Origin: Oikopleura dioica
Lineage: Eukaryota; Animalia; Chordata
Direction: 5' to 3'
Assembly: GCA_907165135.1 (NCBI GenBank)
Contig: OU015568.1
Location: 14,767,208 to 14,831,207, forward strand
DNA length: 64,000 bases
Part shown: one piece after another, positions 60,074 to 64,000 of the stretch
Numbering within the stretch: the stretch's first letter is position 1
Layout of the letters: each line of letters begins with the position of its first letter
Program-made: the position numbers and the translations under genes
The notes under the pieces: generated by a model
What the model saw: the letters and a program-made list of their open reading frames with translations, nothing else
Database searches by the model: none
Told to the model about the DNA's origin: nothing

Positions 60074-63000
60074 ATGAACACTGAAGTTTCCGCTGCGGCG
60101 CGATTCATCACTTCAACCCTTTACGGAAAACTCCCTCGCCGACGAGCCGATCTTTTCGGCGGCGAGTTCGAAATTGCTGTGAAAAAGAAGTTCCAGGTAA
60201 ATAAAAATAACGGAGATAAGGGTGTAAGCTTCAATTTCAGGGCAGAAAATAAGGGTGTCACTACGTTAACTCTGTTAGAAATACGGCCTTAAAAATCGTG
60301 TTAAAAAAGCATAATGATTACCAATCATTACACAATGAAAAAACGGCACAATGGCTAAATTGGCGCCAAGGTCAATGAGTTTCTTGAGTCATTTACGAGC
60401 CACTTAAAAATATTTCTGATTTGTAGGCAGATTAACGTGTCATCTTTTACACGCCATAAAATTTCAACAACCTTTAGTAAATTACGAAATACATCTACCA
60501 TTGTAGCCGTTTTAAATAATGAATATTTTGGAACGAAAGATAGTTCAACTTTCTCTCTCTGGAATCGTTTAAATCAAGGGCCATCTTTGAATAATTGATT
60601 TTGAACAAGTTAAAGGCACGTTTTTCTATGTTTTGCTCAATACAGCCTCGACCCAGATGAGTTAAAATTTGATGAATCTTGTTCTCTGGAGCTCTTTCTA
60701 AAAGACTTAATTCTAGTGGCGAATCAAACATGAAAGCATTCTCCCCTTTAGTCACAAAAATTAAGGGTGTCACAACGCTATTTTTAAGCGCAAAGATTTG
60801 GGTTCTTTTTCTCTTAATTTTGCCCCCTCTTGACCTCTTTTTCTTACAGTAGAACTGGACGTGATTAGAACAAACATTTCGGAGACAGATTGGAACTGAA
60901 AAAACTCAGCGTGTCTTTGAATATGTCAAAGCCATCAAACCGGAAACGCAATAACGAGCAGCGCTGCTGAATCAGCAGCCTCTCTCAATTTGACATTTTT
61001 ATTTTCTGGGAAGCCCAAGAAAGAAGCAAATACAATTTGATAATTACTTAATTTGATCTTCAGGGACATTGGTACCCCGAGGAACCAGCTCGAGGAAGCG
61101 CTCATAGATGCATCAATTTTACGTCGAAAGAAGTCGATCCTGTTTTTCACCAAGCTGCGGAATCTGCTTCCATCGCCTTTTCCGAAATCAAGGTTTGTTT
61201 TTCTTTACAAAATTTACTTGGTTAGGGGTAGGGTTAGGTATTATGCTCGGTTCAAAATAACGATAGGTTTCGGGACGAATATGTGGGTTTTTGGCCTTTT
61301 TGATTGGCTGAAGTCAAGAATGCGAGTTTCTTATTGGCTGTGGTAAAGAATGCTTGTTTTTGATTGGCTCAAAACCCTCTCAAACATCTAAAAATCTACA
61401 TTCGATTTCGAGAAAATTCCGGCTCATTGAGTAAATAGTCGATTCATAAATGAGCTGTCTCACGTGCCTCGGGCAAGCCCACACATTTGTGTGTCAGCAG
61501 TACTTGCCGAAACATTCTTCTTCCGGCTTTAAAAATGTTTGAGCAAATTTCGCGCAGGTGCTTCGCTGAAAGATCAACAACAACTGTTGATATCGAGCTT
61601 ATTTTCAAGTGCTTGTGTTTTCGAATGCAAACACATTTTTGCAATTTCCGATCAACGAGTTCGCCAATTTGGCCATTGACCTTTTCGTGGAAGTTCGGAT
61701 TCGGCAGCATTCGAGCTTCGAATTTTATTTTTGCTACGTAAGGTTTTGAATTTACCGACCAGACGTTGCCCCACGTGGCTAATTGACATCGAGCTCAACG
61801 AAGACGGAACAAAGTAAATTCGATTTGTTCGCCTTTCCCTAGACTGTCATCTTGAATGCCAAGAAACTCACTTTCCCCGAATTCTGCCAATAAGATAACT
61901 GATCACTTTTGACCAATAAGAACCCATAAAAATGCCCAAATCGCTAATCAAATCAGTCCAATCAGAAGCTGCCATTTCGACCCAATTAATAACTTGATTT
62001 TGAGAAAGAAGCCAATCAGATTAAAGCTCTTTTTGACCAATAAGAAACCAAAGATTTTTTTGGAACTTTTGTTAAAATTTATTATAAAATCGTGGTCAAA
62101 ATATGTCCACGTTATCGTTTTTTCGTAATGATTTCTTAAAAAAATCAAAAGAAAAAACGTTCTTTGGTTTGTTTTTGCAGAAAATAGGAATTATCGTAGG
62201 GCCGAGGGACGGAAGTTAGACAACGATGACGGACGAGGCCACGTGGGTGCTCGTGTGATGTTATAAAAAGCGCTTGTCTTGGGCGATAAGGAAGCGTAAT
62301 CAGCTTGTCTTGGCCATGTCCCTTCTCGGGATTCATGCGCTTCCCCAGCTCTAGTAATTATTTATTAATATTACCAGCAGTCAAGAGTTATTCAATCAAA
62401 CTATCATAATCTTGTTCTTCAAAAGGGGGCGAAAAAATTTCGCGAAAATGTGAATCGCCAAGTTCCCAGACACACGCGCACTTACAGACGTTTAAATCCA
62501 CCTCAATCTTGTCAGAGGAGAGTGTCACCTGGCTCAGATTTCTCGAGTATTAATCCAGCGCGTTCATCTCAACCGATTATCCGGAATTCAAGAATTTTCC
62601 TCTCGCGTTTCATTTTCTTTTATTTTTCGCGAAAGCTGACGCTAAGAGCTTGGGCTTGGCGCGTTTGTTTGTTAATCCAGCTTATTAATTATCTCTTTCT
62701 AGGAAAATCTGCCAGCGGAGTTGAGAATCTGGATCGACCCTGACGAGGTCAGCTATCAAATTGGAGAAAAGGGGACGACTTCGATTTTGTACAAGAAAAA
62801 AGGAGCTGAGATCGAATATGGAGCTGATATTACTGCTTCTGTTCAGCCACAGGTACAGTAAAAGAAATGACTCATTTGACCTTTGAACAAACTTTTAAAC
62901 ACGAAATATAGAATTTTCGCGAAAAGCAAATAGGGCCATAAAAATCTTGATTTTGAAAGAAGGGCGGTAGTCGTTGTTGATTGTCCGAAAGACAGGTCGT

Positions 63001-63900
63001 CTACTGGGAAGACAGTCAGCTGCCCCTCGTTATAGTTTGCCCTTGCTCTCTTTCTGTTTGCTTCAAAGGTCAGCTATGCTCAAGGCAAGCAAGTAAAGTC
63101 TCTTTCGAAAATCTTACGCAAAGTTGACTTAGTTCAAGATAAGACCAACATTACATTTACACAGCTTTAGCGTAATAGCTCTCTGTTGCTTTAGGGCTTA
63201 GCCGGGCCATACAGTATTTAGTGGATCAGTTTCTTGAGAAACTTTTTGATACAGCCCTTTCTGATAACTGTTACATGTAGATGTAGACCAGGGCTGGTGA
63301 AAAGGCCTCTCACGTGGGCTCAAGCCGTTGCACTTGAGCTTGAGTAGATAACGTAGATAATGCGAAAATCAAATCCTTAGGCAGCTTTTTCTTTCGCAGC
63401 AGATTTTTAAGTGGCCCTTCAATGGGAGCCTTACCGCCGCGAATTGCCTACCTCTCCAATATCAGGAGAAAATTGTCCTTTCTTGTCTGACCGACACAAT
63501 ATTCATTTTCTAATCTGTTCTTTTCTAGGTTTCCCCAATCCGAGCCCAGCATCAGCGAGTCCAGTACCAGCAGCGTCCATTAATGACTGTTGACGAATTC
63601 ATGAGCACCAAATTCGGTTCGATGAAAAACCGTGGCGCCCGACGAGGCCAGCACAGCTCTACCCACCGGCCACCTGCATACCCCGCTCCAGGATCGCCCA
63701 CCGGCTTCACACCACAACAACAGCAGCTTCATCAGCAGCAGAGCCAAAACATGAATGCGCACAATTTGCAGCAAGCCGCAAATCTCGCCCGAGCTATTCC
63801 CCAAAGTCTCCAGCTGCCGCAACTCAGCGTCCAGCAAATCCAACTCCTCCAGCAACAGCTCCTTCTTCAGCAATTGGCCAACTCACAACAACAACAGCAG
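60074..63900 (+). CDS. TOB: Tob (BTG/Tob antiproliferative family) with a Q-rich C-terminus; likely continues beyond the window
   Basis: Phase-0 exons: 60074-60196 (MNTEVSAAARFITSTLYGKLPRRRADLFGGEFE..KKKFQ), 61064-61192 (GHWYPEEPARGSAHRCI, box A), 62703-62852 (ENLPAELRIWIDPDEVSYQIGEKG, box B) and 63529-63900 (STKFGSMK, as in the Tob motif ATKFGSTKMK). An alternative in-frame ATG lies at 60059. Confidence 0.93.
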
Positions 63901-64000
63901 GTACAGTTGAAAGTAAAATTTTGACCCCGAAATTCAATCGTAAATCATGAATGAATCTGTCGCCCCTTCTTCCATTAACTCAAATTTGCTCTTCTGAAAT

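Noticed and set aside
1-64000. rRNA, tRNA, spliced-leader RNA genes or a bacterial/HGT segment
   Set aside because: No matching conserved sequences seen; all recognisable genes contain spliceosomal introns.

Overview
This is eukaryotic (animal) genomic DNA: AT-rich, with many ~40-60 bp introns and at least one apparent non-GT donor. These traits suggest the appendicularian tunicate Oikopleura dioica (inference, not proven). No rRNA, tRNA, CRISPR or prokaryotic features were found. Genes, reconstructed by hand across introns: (1) a secreted PLA2-fold protein lacking the His-Asp dyad (minus strand, runs off the left edge); (2,3) two tandem carboxylesterases with an N-terminal anchor and a GMSAG nucleophile elbow; (4) a membrane-anchored protein with a divergent CUB-like domain, whose intron holds a 3.6-kb near-perfect palindrome (8-bp TSD, inverted 57-bp satellite core); (5,8) two paralogues of an atypical protein kinase fused to a C-terminal domain with papain-like Cys/His/Asn spacing, both with apparent frame lesions; (6) a disrupted coiled-coil gene with an RFWD3-type RING; (7) tailless/NR2E1; (9) Tob (BTG family), running off the right edge. 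The ~28 kb between the second kinase and Tob has no recognisable host gene. It is filled with MITE/foldback elements and a 4.3-kb LTR element with near-identical LTRs, a CCCH zinc finger in the gag position and no detectable pol. The most interesting signals are the kinase-peptidase fusion, the giant intronic palindrome, the pol-less LTR element with a CCCH finger, and a MITE whose TSD duplicated a splice acceptor. All family assignments come from motif recognition by eye; no searches were run.
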